The notes under the pieces: generated by a model
The model's database searches: none
Told to the model about the DNA's origin: nothing
What the model saw: only the letters and a program-made list of their open reading frames with translations
In this document: one piece after another, positions 48,341-58,534 of the stretch
How the letters are laid out: each line of letters opens with the position of its first letter
How positions within the stretch are numbered: the first letter of the stretch is position 1
Assembly (NCBI GenBank): GCA_028534125.1
Contig: CM052849.1
Coordinates: forward strand, 372,001-436,000
DNA: 64,000 nucleotides
Origin: Lama glama
Lineage: Eukaryota
Direction of reading: 5' to 3'
Translations under genes and position numbers: made by a program

Positions 48341-48941
48341 GTGAGGCTCCTGGCCACCCGCGTCCCCCATTCAGTCAAGAGTCCCGGCTGCTGGGCGCAG
48401 GAGTCAGGCTCAGATGCCGTGATGGGTCTGGTCTCTCTACCTCTGGACTTAGTTGCTGTCGGTGGGGCTGGAACTGGGCCGAGTACTGGGCCCCTGGACA
48501 ATCCTGCTCCCCACCAGCTCCCATGTCCCCACCACAACTCCTCCAGGGTCCACCTACCTGGTCCCCGCCCCCCAGCAGGGCAGTGCTGGGGCCTGTGGCC
48601 AGACAGGGTCCTGTGACAACCAACTTGGCATGGCCCCGGGAGCTGTAGTTCACCTGCCTGTGTGGGTGGGAAGGGTTGGGGAAGAGAAGGCTCTTGCTGG
48701 CTCCAGGCCCCCCACCGGCCCTCCTTTATATCCTAGCCCCTCTGGGGAGCCCCTGCCGTTTGCGGCTTGTGCATCTTGCCCATGCCAGGGCAGCACTCGG
48801 GACCTCTCCTGGCTTTTGTCACTCCTGCCTGCTAAGTCAGCTGGGACACAGGGAGGGCAGGGCAGGTCCTGCGAGGGACCCATGGGAGGAAGTGGGGGCA
48901 GTGCCTGTGGTCAGCACTGGTGGGTTGGTGGTACCCTGCAG

Positions 48942-49125
48942 GCACGCTCTGGAACCTGTCATCCTACGAGCCCCTGAAGATGGTCATCATTGACCATGGC
49001 CTGCAGACGCTGACCCACGAGGTCATTGTGCCTCACTCGGGCTGGGAGCCAGAGCCCAATGAGGACTCCAAGCCGCGGGACGCTGAGTGGACGACTGTCT
49101 TCAAGAACACATCGGGCTGCTTGAG
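48942..49125 (+). CDS. ARVCF: ARVCF exon 7 (184 nt; TLWNLSSYEPLK...NTSGCL)
   Basis: Translation; AG/GT boundaries. Confidence 0.97.
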
Positions 49126-49824
49126 GTGTGGCGGGGCCAGGCGCAGCTGCTCAGAGCTATTCTCAGCCCAGGAGGCAGGAACTAGGCATCAGATCCTGTA
49201 CACACACCTGGGGACAGCTGTCCTGGGGACAGCCATGTTCCCATGTCCCAGATAATGTGGAAGACAGCTGGCTGTCAGGCCTCAGCACCAGAGCCCTGTC
49301 ACAGTTCCTGCCCAAGTCCGAGAGTGGGCCTGGTGGGGCTGTGTTCACCCCCACGGGCAGCCTCCAGATGTCTGCCAACCTCTCTTCTGTTCCACAGCTC
49401 CAGCCCTGCCCAGCTTCCACCCATCACTGTGACAGCCGGGGTGGGTGGTGGAGCTGTCTGGGTCCCCTGCCTGTCCATCAGGATGTGCCCGCATTGAGTC
49501 CCGACCTCAGGGGGAGGCAGAGCCCTGAGATGCCACTGGAGCAGGGGGAGCCCAGGATTTCCCTGCACGGATTCAGTCCTCTGGGTCGACTCAGCTCAGC
49601 TCAGGGGAGCCCCCACCCTTGCAGGTGCCAGCCCAGGGCTCCTTTCTGGGGTCTCATCAGTCAGGCCATTGCTGCTCCAGGCCACTGTCATCTGGCAGCA
49701 GCCCTCAAAGAGTGGCCTCAGAGTCTGATTTGCAGATAAGATAGAATCCTGCCCACAGCCACGTTGGGGCCATTGCAGCTCCCTGTGGGAGCCAGGCTCA
49801 CAGAGCTTGCTCTTGGCCACCCAG

Positions 49825-49942
49825 GAATGTGAGCTCAGATGGCGCAGAGGCCCGGCGGCGACTCCGTGAGTGTGAGGGGCTGGTGGACGCGCTCCTGCAT
49901 GCCCTGCAGTCGGCCGTGGGCAGGAAGGACACGGACAACAAG
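49825..49942 (+). CDS. ARVCF: ARVCF exon 8 (118 nt; [23 protein letters not shown]...DTDNK)
   Basis: Translation; AG/GT boundaries. Confidence 0.97.
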
Positions 49943-50269
49943 GTGGGTGGGCAGGCAGGCCCCAGCAGGGCCAGTCTCGCAGCCGCCCACAAAGGTCACA
50001 GGAACTCGCAACTATCTGGTGGCACAGAGGGGCACGTGGGTCGAGGTCAGCGCCCTGGGCGTGGGACACATCGCAGTGGTCACACCATGAAGCGGGTGTG
50101 GCATGAAGCCCTGGTCAAGGGCCTGCATGCAGCAGGTGCTCCACCATCGTCCTCCCTGGGGCTTTCGCCTGAGTGGTCCCTTCCATGCACACTGGCTGTC
50201 ACCACCTGCCGTGGGAGGGTCAGCAGTCCGTGCCTGCCCAACCCTGGCCACCAGCCCCTCTCCCCGCAG

Positions 50270-50441
50270 TCGGTGGAGAACTGCGTGTGCATCGTGCGGA
50301 ACCTGAGCTACCATGTGCACAAGGAGGTGCCCGGCGCCGACAGGTACCAGGAGGCTGAGCCCGGGCCCCTGGGCAGTGCTATGGGCTCCCAGCGCCGGAG
50401 GAGGGATGACGCCGGCTGCTTCGGTGGCAAGAAGGCCAAAG
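50270..50441 (+). CDS. ARVCF: ARVCF exon 9 (172 nt; [14 protein letters not shown]...CFGGKKAK)
   Basis: Translation; AG/GT boundaries. Confidence 0.97.
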
Positions 50442-51015
50442 GTGTGTGGGTGGGCCTGGGGAAGCAGTCTAGGACCCCCCACACTGCCGAGACCCACCCC
50501 CCACGCCCTCAGTAGTCATGGTCACCTTCTAATGGGCAGGGAGCCAAAGTGGGTATGCTGCCCCCGGCTCCCAGCTGGCAGGCCCAGCCACCTCGTCTGC
50601 ACCGGGGCCCTGGGCAGGTGTCCCTACTGGTGCCCAGACCCAGGCCTTCAGCTCTAGGAAGGCTTCTAGGGGCCCAAATTTGGACGGTGCCGAGGACACA
50701 GCCACTCCTGGCGTTGGCAGAGCACCCAAAGATCCTGAGAAGCCCAGAGCAGCACCTCGCCCGCCTGCCTTACTCCATCCCCATCTCAGGTGCAGCTTCT
50801 GATGCCCCTTGGCAGCCACCAGGGGGTCTGTACCACCTGCCCCCACCCCACTGCGTGGGCCGTTTCTGACCCCTGTCCCACTTGTGGGCACTCAGCCCCT
50901 GAAGTAGTCAGGGTGAGATTCACATCCCTGTGGTCAGTGCCTCCCAGGAGGGCGTGAAGGGGTGCTGCCCGCTCAGGCTCCTCTCCTCTCTCCTCTGCTT
51001 CCCCCGGCCGCCCAG

Positions 51016-51033
51016 AAGAGTGGTTCCATCAAG
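51016..51033 (+). CDS. ARVCF: ARVCF 18-nt microexon 10 (EEWFHQ)
   Basis: Long pyrimidine tract, cccag|AAGAGTGGTTCCATCAAG|gtgagt; symmetric phase 1-1. Confidence 0.92.
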
Positions 51034-52033
51034 GTGAGTCCCCATTTGTCCGGGCAGGCCTGGGGGGTGCAGTGGTCACCAGGGAACCCCCCATTGCTCA
51101 GGCAGCCATCTCCATGACAACTGCAAGACCTTCCAGCCTCGGGAAGCCCCCATCCCAGGCCCTTCTCTGGGCAGCTGTCTCCATGACGACTGTGTGGACA
51201 TGACAACAGTAGGAATGTCAGCCCTCGCCTGGCTGGAGGCCAAGGGGCTGTCTGTCTGTAACCTCAGACTCCGCTGCCCGGGCAAGGCTGGAGCAGGAGC
51301 GGGAGCTGGGGCAGCTGGGCCGAGGGTAGGGCTTGGGGGTGTCCGTCCCAGGGCACCAGGGAGCAGAGTCTGCCCCTCCGATGGAATGTGTAGCTCAGAC
51401 GGGCCACACGGCCCAGGAGGCTGGGCAGGGTGGGGGCCCCAAGTCGTCTGAACTCAGCTCTGCTGCCTTCCAAGGAGAAGGCCCCTTGTCTGGGAGGGGA
51501 GGGTGGTTGGGGAGTGGTGAGCACACCACCAGAGGTGTGCAGGCCGCAGCTGACGGGGTCTGTGGATTGTTGAGGGGGGGTCTCTCCTTGCCCTAGATGG
51601 GCAAGTTTCCCCGTGAGGGGGACTCTTGCTCCACTCGGCCCTGCTCTGCAGCAGACATCCTGTCCCGCCAGCCCTCCACGTCCTTGTCTGCTGTGCCCCG
51701 ACCTGGGCTCCAGGTCTCGTGGTCCACACACCTGGTGGCCACAGAAGGCCACCAGGAGGGTTTGCAGTGCAGCTCCCAGCACCTGTGGGTGATGAGCCCT
51801 GGCTGTTGGGCAGGGTCGGGATGTCCCCAGGCCTTACTGCCACCATTGCCCTCTGCTGGGCTGAACTGCCCACCTAAACTCAGGATGCTGCTCTGTTCCC
51901 AGGGCCTCTGGGTGCCCAAGTTTGGATACGGGTGCTTTCTGGGCCGTGAGCAGGAAAGTGCTGTACCCACCTCTCCTGACACACAACTGCCCCCTGCAGG
52001 GTCCACCTCACCTCCCACTGCCCTCTGTTCCAG

Positions 52034-52105
52034 GGAAGAAAGACGGTGAGATGGACCAGAACTTTGACACTCTGGACCTGCCCAAGCGAACTGAGGCTGC
52101 CAAAG
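52034..52105 (+). CDS. ARVCF: ARVCF exon 11 (72 nt; KKDGEMDQNFDTLDLPKRTEAAK)
   Basis: Translation; AG/GT boundaries. Confidence 0.96.
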
Positions 52106-53337
52106 GTGAGTGGGCAGAGGTAGAGTCCAGGCCCAGGCCAGTCCAGGAGTTAAGCTTTATGGCACCAAGCAGGCCCGAAGGGCCTTGGGGATCTGATGGA
52201 GAAAAAGTGGAAAAAACCACAAGTGTAGGGTTCCTGCAGGACTGTCCAGTCCCTGGCCACCGCTGAGGGTTTGGAATCAGGATCCGTGCCACAGGTCAGT
52301 TCCGGCAGGGTATGGAGGTGCAGGCATAGAGGAGCCAGTGGCTTGCTGGTCACAGCACTAAGAGAGGCTGGCAGGGATTAGAGCAGGGCTGTTAAGTGAA
52401 GGGCGCTGGCCGGCAGGCAGGGCCTCCCATGTCGGCCGAGGAGGTTGGGCTCACTTGGGGGTGTTCTGCAGCCCTGAGGATGCAGCCAGACCCAGTACGA
52501 AGGCTGGGCCAGATCACCCTGGCTCGTCCTTCTTGCCCCTGTGCCTGTTGGAGCACTGCTGTGTGTGGCACTGTTCCGTGCACTGGGAGTCCAGCCTGGT
52601 GAGAAAAGCCTGCCCCAGTGAGCCCAGATGCCCCCAGGCAGGGTGCAAGAGCCCAGCCGTGGAGGTTTAGGGGGAAGCATCGCAGGCAGAGGGCCCAGCT
52701 CGTGCAGATGCTGTGGGGACATGCTTGGGGTATCTGGGGAACAGGAAACTGGGGTGAAGGGAAAATGGGGTGTAAGGACTGGAAATGGGGTGATGCTGTG
52801 GGGATGGGGGTTGGGAGGTCATGTCCAGGGACACAGAAGCCCCAGCATGGGGACAGACCTGGAAGCCTGCTCCAGCCTCATCCCTGGAGCACTGTGGGTG
52901 GCTCTGCTGCCAGGCTGGGGCCTCAACTGACCGACGGGGGACCAGAAGTGGTTGAGTGGCTCGGACTGGAGGATGGGCCCTGGTTATGGGGGAAGAGGAG
53001 CTGTTGCTAGGGGCTTTGAACCCTGTTGCTAGGGGAGCAGCCCTGGTTGCTGCCTCCCTCCCCACCCTGGGCGTCGTAGGCTTCAACTGCCAGGCAGCCC
53101 CCATTTCTTTGGGGTCAGAGGAAGAATGACCTCACCAAGTCTACTGCCACCTTAGAGCCTGGGTTGATTCCTGTGTGAAATGGGAAAGGTTTTCCTCTCG
53201 GATGACCACAAGGGTCATATGTTGGTGCTAAACGTTTCCTTGATGGTGACGAAGCCATCCTGGGCCCCAGCTCACCCTCACCCTGGGAGAGCTGGGGCAG
53301 CCTGGGTAACTGTGGGTGGTGGGTGCTCTGTGCCCAG

Positions 53338-53465
53338 GCTTTGAGCTGCTGTACCAGCCTGAGGTGGTACGTCTGTACCTGTCCCTCCTGACGGAGAGCC
53401 GGAACTTCAACACCCTGGAGGCTGCGGCTGGTGCTTTGCAGAACCTCAGCGCCGGCAACTGGGTG
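53338..53465 (+). CDS. ARVCF: ARVCF exon 12 (128 nt; FELLYQPEVV...LQNLSAGNWV)
   Basis: Translation; AG/GT boundaries. Confidence 0.96.
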
Positions 53466-53673
53466 GTGAGAGGCCAAGCCTGGCAAGAGGGGGCAGAGGG
53501 AATCCCAGGAGGCTTCCTGGTGGAGATGGCATGAGCTGCTGGGGTAGGGCTTTGTCAGGTCCGGGAGGAGGACTGTCCAGTCCAGCTGGAGGGGGTGGTC
53601 AGGACCCAGGTGGGCGAGTGTCCGGTGCCTGTGGCCCATGGGCGCTGAGCAGGCCCCCACCACCCCGCCACAG

Positions 53674-53824
53674 TGGGCCACGTATATCCGCGCCACGGTG
53701 CGCAAGGAGCGCGGGTTGCCGGTGCTGGTGGAGCTGCTGCAGTCGGAGACGGACAAGGTGGTGCGCGCCGTCGCCATCGCCCTGCGCAACCTCTCACTGG
53801 ACCGGCGCAACAAGGACCTCATCG
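53674..53824 (+). CDS. ARVCF: ARVCF exon 13 (151 nt; [16 protein letters not shown]...NKDLI)
   Basis: Translation; AG/GT boundaries. Confidence 0.97.
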
Positions 53825-53927
53825 GTGAGGATAGGGGCGCAGCAGGGGTCTAGGGCCCAGGCCTTCCTGCCCCTTGCGGCCCCCCTCCTACCGGTGCAGG
53901 TGTGCCCTCACCCAACCCTTCCCACAG

Positions 53928-54126
53928 GGAGCTACGCCATGGCCGAGCTGGTACGAAACGTGCGCAGCGCACAGGCACCCACACATCCCGGGGCCCGCCT
54001 GGAGGAGGATACCGTGGTGGCCGTGCTCAACACCATCCATGAGATCGTGTCCGACAGCCTGGACAATGCACGCTCGCTGCTGCAGGCCCGTGGCATACCC
54101 ACGCTTGTGGCCCTGGGCGCCACCAG
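53928..54126 (+). CDS. ARVCF: ARVCF exon 14 (199 nt; SYAMAELVRNV...LVALGAT)
   Basis: Translation; AG/GT boundaries. Confidence 0.96.
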
Positions 54127-54216
54127 GTGGGTGGGGGCACGGCCTGGGGTGGGGCGCAGGTGGTGGGGGCGGAGCCTGGCAGTCTGGGCCAGACGCTGAC
54201 CCTGCCCCGTCTGCAG

Positions 54217-54328
54217 CCAATCAGTGCGCGAGGCGAAGGCTGCGTCCCACGTGCTGCAGACAGTGTGGAGTTACAAGGAACTTCGTGGTGCCCTGCAGAG
54301 GGATGGCTGGACCAAGGCGCGCTTCCAG
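54217..54328 (+). CDS. ARVCF: ARVCF exon 15 (112 nt; QSVREAKAASHVLQTVWSYKELRGALQRDGWTKARFQ)
   Basis: Translation; AG/GT boundaries. Confidence 0.96.
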
Positions 54329-54422
54329 GTGAGGCCCGCCCGGCCCTTCCTTTCTCTCTTTACCAGGCTGGGTCCCCTGCGGAGGTACCCCTGACGTCTG
54401 TTATGTGCCCTACCCCCCACAG

Positions 54423-54513
54423 TTGGCTGCTGCTAACACCAAGGGGCCCAAGGCAGCACCGAGCCCCAGTGGCTTTGATGACAGCACGCTGCCGTTGGTG
54501 GACAAGAGCCTGG
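54423..54513 (+). CDS. ARVCF: ARVCF exon 16 (91 nt; LAAANTKGPK...FDDSTLPLVDKSL)
   Basis: DDSTLPL motif of the p120 family; AG/GT boundaries. Confidence 0.95.
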
Positions 54514-54785
54514 GTGAGCACAGGGCAAGGCCCATCCCCAGGGTTCAGGAGCGTCCCCTACCAGCTGATGGGTGGAGGCGGGTGCGCCTTCCTCTCCTGT
54601 AGCCTCTGCATCCTCTACCGTGGTGCTCACAGTGGCACCAAGCAGGGGGTGGCAGTGCCAGCAGGCAGGGGCCCAGCAGGACGGTGCAAAGATGTTGGTG
54701 ACAGAGGGTACTCAGGGGGGCCAAGGCCAGCTCCGGCCACCTGCTGCTGTTTGCAACCAGCCAGTTCCCTACTCGTGCCTTGCAG

Positions 54786-54839
54786 ACAATGAGAAGCCAG
54801 GCAGCCGGGACATGATCCCCATGGAGGCACTTGGGCCAG
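54786..54839 (+). CDS. ARVCF: ARVCF exon 17 (54 nt; NEKPGSRDMIPMEALGP)
   Basis: Translation; AG/GT boundaries; phase 1-1. Confidence 0.93.
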
Positions 54840-55197
54840 GTGAGTGCAGGGGCGGATGTTTGTTTCCTGTGTGGGGACGGCCTTCCAAGGAGGTGCTGGT
54901 TGGAAAAGAGAGATTTGATTTAGGGGTGCTCAGGGAGTGACGGGGGCAGCTGGCAGGGGGTCACTGCCCAGCCAGGGTGTCTCGTCACCCAGCCGAGGGG
55001 CAGCTGGAGGGCTCTGAGCTGCCGTGGGGGGAGCAAGTGAGAGGCTGCAAGGCCCACGCCCAGAGGGCCTGTGAGAAGATTTGGTGCAGGACAGTCAGGT
55101 GAGATCCTCTCCAGGTGCACCCCCACATCCAGGCTGAGATGGGTGGGGTCTTATGGCACATACCCCTCAGAGTTCTCTTCATGCACGCACCCCTCAG

Positions 55198-55283
55198 ACG
55201 GATACTCCACTGTTGACCGGAGGGAGCGGAGGGCGCGAGGCAGTGACCCTGCAGGGGAGGCCTCTGAGAAGGAACCATTAAAA
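55198..55283 (+). CDS. ARVCF: ARVCF exon 18 (86 nt; GYSTVDRRERRARGSDPAGEASEKEPLK)
   Basis: Translation; donor AAA|gtaagt. Confidence 0.95.
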
Positions 55284-55833
55284 GTAAGTGGCTATGGGCA
55301 GCTGTCGGGGGTGTGCCTAGAGAGGGGCCCAGGCAAGATGCTGAGTTTGGTCTCCAGCCTGGAGTCTGCCTGGGGTGGGGCCTCAGCTGCAGGGCAGCTG
55401 GGCCAGGAGCCCAGGGTGGGGATTGTCCCATCAGAGCCAGCCTATGGGTGCAGGTAGTTGAAAGCTCATGCCCACTGGGAGCGAGGGAGCACGGGACAGA
55501 AGGCATCACCCGGGGAGTCTGAACAAGCGTGTCTGCATCCTTCCTGCATGTGTGTTCGCGGCGCAGCCTGCTCTGCTCCCACCTCCAGGGCAGCCCCTGC
55601 CGCCTGCTCTGCGCCAATCCCCTGCTTTGGGCACGGGCCGTGCGTGCGTGTCCACATGTCACTCTGTCTCTCTGAGCCACGCTTGGTCAGCGCCCCTTGC
55701 CCTCGGCCCTCCCCTAGTGTGCACCCCGGCTCCGGCCTCGCCCCCCTGACCAGCCTGGCCCACACACTCCAGCTCTGACTAACCTGCTCTGTTCTGCCTC
55801 TGACGCCCTCCTGCCCACTGCCGTCCGCTGCAG

Positions 55834-55941
55834 TCCGACACCAGCAGGAAGGCTCCTCCTCCTGGGCCCAGCAGGCCCACAGTCAGGCTGGTGGACGCCG
55901 TGGGGGATGCTAAGCCTCAGCCTGTTGACTCCTGGGTCTAG
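55834..55941 (+). CDS. ARVCF: ARVCF exon 19 CDS (SDTSRKAPPPGPSRP...PQPVDSWV*; PDZ ligand); exon extends to 55953
   Basis: DSWV terminus; total CDS 2883 nt = 960 aa; donor CTG|gtaggt 12 nt after the stop. Confidence 0.95.
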   Translation, partial: SDTSRKAPPPGPSRPTVRLVDAVGDAKPQPVDSWV

Positions 55942-56315
55942 CTTGCATGCCTGGTAGGTTCTCATCTGGTGTTCCTCCCCCATGCTCGCTCCTCCAGGCA
56001 GGGCCTTCTCCATCTCGGCTGCACGCTCTGCTCTCCCTGGCGGCCCAGCCCTGGCTCAGCGGCCTGAAGGCCCACAGAGGGAAGGACAGCCTGGGGTCTG
56101 AGTGGGAGAGGCCTCCTGGGCCTGCAGCCGGAGGCAGGCAATGTCACCAGGGCCCAGAGGCTGTGGGGCCAGAGCAGGGCTGGTCCCCCAACACCTTCAA
56201 ATGCCCCCATCCCAGGCCCCCGGAGGACCAGCAGGGCAGGGTTGGCCCAGCTGCCTGCGTCCACACCATCCGCCGGGCTAACCGGCCTGCTCAGCCTTCC
56301 CCTCTCCCTCCTCAG

Positions 56316-56342
56316 GGCCTGGGCCCAGCTGGTCGTTCTTAG
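56316..56342 (+). CDS. ARVCF: ARVCF terminal exon 20; encodes GLGPAGRS* when exon 19 is skipped, otherwise 3' UTR (to about 57025)
   Basis: Strong acceptor ccttcccctctccctcctcag|GG; phase 0 matches exon 18. Confidence 0.7.
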   Translation, partial: GLGPAGRS

Positions 56343-56995
56343 GATTTGACCTCGGAAGAAGGGCCGTTGGGGCCCCCGCTGTGGAGCTGGGAGCCCCCTG
56401 GCGGCAACTGTCGGCAGGGCCACTCCTCCCGGAGCCTGACATTCTGGATGCGCCTCCCTTCCTGCCTGGCTCCCTCCCTCCTAACTCTTCGGAGTTAGTT
56501 TACTGACATGGTGCTGTGTGTGTGTGAGACAGGCTGGCAGGGCGCCCTGCTTTGCTTTGGGGACGACAGGGCTGGCAGAGCCGGAGTGTATGCACCACTG
56601 TGCGCAGGGCACCGAGGAGCAGGGCGGGCCCTGGAGCCCTGCAGCTGAGTGGGGAGGGGGCTCAGGGAATGGACTTTGACCCTGAGCCTGGAGGGTGGAG
56701 GGGCTGGCTGCTCTGGGGGCGGCACTCACAGCCTGACCCTGCCTGCCCTCGGATGTGTGGAGCCCCATGGCAGGGCCTCCCTGTGCACCTCTGACCCAGG
56801 GCCACCATGCCCTGTCCTATAGCCAAGCCCTGAGTAGCACCTTGGGGACTGACCTTTGCCAGCAGCAAGGGACTGCTGTTCAGTGCCTGCTGTTTGAGAC
56901 TTTAAAACAGAAGAACACTGACAAAAAGCATAAAAAACAGAACCAAAATGAGACTGTATTGGTAAACATCTAAATTTTTGTAAGAAAAGTTAAAA

Positions 56996-57001
56996 ATTAA
57001 A
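56996..57001 (+). terminator. ARVCF: ARVCF poly(A) signal ATTAAA
   Basis: Canonical variant hexamer in the A-rich end of the terminal exon; TGTA elements upstream. Confidence 0.65.
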
Positions 57002-57803
57002 AAAACCAACAAACTTTGGTGGCTCAGATCTCTCTCCACATTCTGCCCCCTCCTCATCTGCTGGGGGGCAGAAGTGGCCGCAGGTGCATGTCTGCTGTGT
57101 CCAGCAGGGGCTCAGCTCCCAGGTCCCAGGGGTCTTTCCCCACACGCATCCCCTTCCCACACACAAAGAGGAGTAGGCTTGTTCCTGGGTGGTTAGTAAG
57201 GCTTGGGGTGGGGTCCTGGCCAGGGGTTGTTCTTGGGCCCAGGTGGGCTCTGTCAGGCAGGGGTGGTCCTGGGATCTGGAACCCCAGGAAGCCTCTGAGG
57301 CGGCCAGAGGTCCAGTTGCTTGGGGGCCGTGGGGCGGGAACACCAGGGCAGGGCTGGGGCACCTGTGGATTGTGGTAGGTACAAACCAGCTGCTTCATCC
57401 CTTGCCAGCTGGGCAACCCCAAAGTGCCACGGCAGGTCTGTGACTGCTCTTCCCAAACAAGGTTCCACTCCATGCCACACAGGCCCCGAGAAGCCGGGTG
57501 TGGGACAGACCACACCTGGCACTGCTGCAGGGCCCTGTCCACCTCTCCTAGCACCTTCTTGGTCAGAGAGGGCATGAAGGCTAGCCAAATGCCCTGTCCC
57601 AGCTTCCCCTATGGGACAGCTCTAGATGGGGCTGTAACAGGTGCCCTCGGCCCAGCCACAGGAGCAGTACTGGGCAGGTAGACAGCCTGAAGCCTTGGCA
57701 CAGATCAGGGGAGCAGCATGTCTGGTGCGAGGCTGAAGGCACCGGAGGAGAGGAGTGGCTGACAAGAAGAAATCAGCTGATCTCTTGTCTAAACTTTGAG
57801 ACC

Positions 57804-57809
57804 TTTAAT
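57804..57809 (-). terminator. COMT: COMT distal poly(A) signal ATTAAA
   Basis: tttaat on the plus strand at the end of an AT-rich UTR block. Confidence 0.55.
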
Positions 57810-58153
57810 TTGTGTTTCATTATCTTCTCAACATGATGCTGGTGTATAAGATTGTTAGCAGTAGATTTTAGTAAAGAAGTTGCGTTTCATTCTTACAAAG
57901 GAGGTGAAAGAACTCAGGGGTCAGAAGCATGGTGAGAGTTGCTGGTTAGAGTGCATCACTGAGGTGTTGCTGCCACCTAGTGACAGCAGACCTCAAGGAC
58001 AGGCTGTGTGGGTCCCCCGCTTCCTGTGTCTGCTGGCCATTTTGATGGCGGAGGACCTGCCCGTGTAAGAAGCCCTGTCAGAATGCTGGTGGGTGACACT
58101 GTGAGGGACACCACTTGCCGTGGTCTGGTCTTTGCAAGCAGATACTTTGCAGA

Positions 58154-58159
58154 TTTATT
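58154..58159 (-). terminator. COMT: COMT proximal poly(A) signal AATAAA
   Basis: tttatt on the plus strand, about 165 nt after the stop. Confidence 0.6.
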
Positions 58160-58321
58160 GCAGTGACTTTGCATGGTGAGCTGGTTGCCCTAGGGGCGGA
58201 CCAGCAAGGGACGGCCTGCGGCTGCTGTGCAGAGGCCTCAAGGGTGCTGCACTGAGGGCCCCAAGCTGCAGGAGCAGGTTGGCAGGCGCGGGCCCACCGC
58301 ACCCTTTAGAACCAGGCTCGA

Positions 58322-58534
58322 CTAGGGGGCCGGAGCAGGCCTCGAAGGGCTGCCTGGGCCCTTGTAGACCACCTTCTCCAGGCCGTCCACCACCTGCGAG
58401 TACTCCAGGTACGAGCTGAAGTGTGTGCACTCGAAGCGGCTGTTCCCGCGCACATATGCCAGGAATTCCGGTGTTCCTGGGCAGATGACATTGTCAGCCA
58501 GCAACACAGTCCCCTTCCGCAACAGGCCACACTC
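58322..58534 (-). CDS. COMT: COMT last coding exon ([20 protein letters not shown]...[28 protein letters not shown])
   Basis: D169/N170 Mg ligands and E199; acceptor gtccctgcag|GAG. Confidence 0.97.
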   Translation of the reverse strand, partial: ECGLLRKGTVLLADNVICPGTPEFLAYVRGNSRFECTHFSSYLEYSQVVDGLEKVVYKGPGSPSRPAPAP

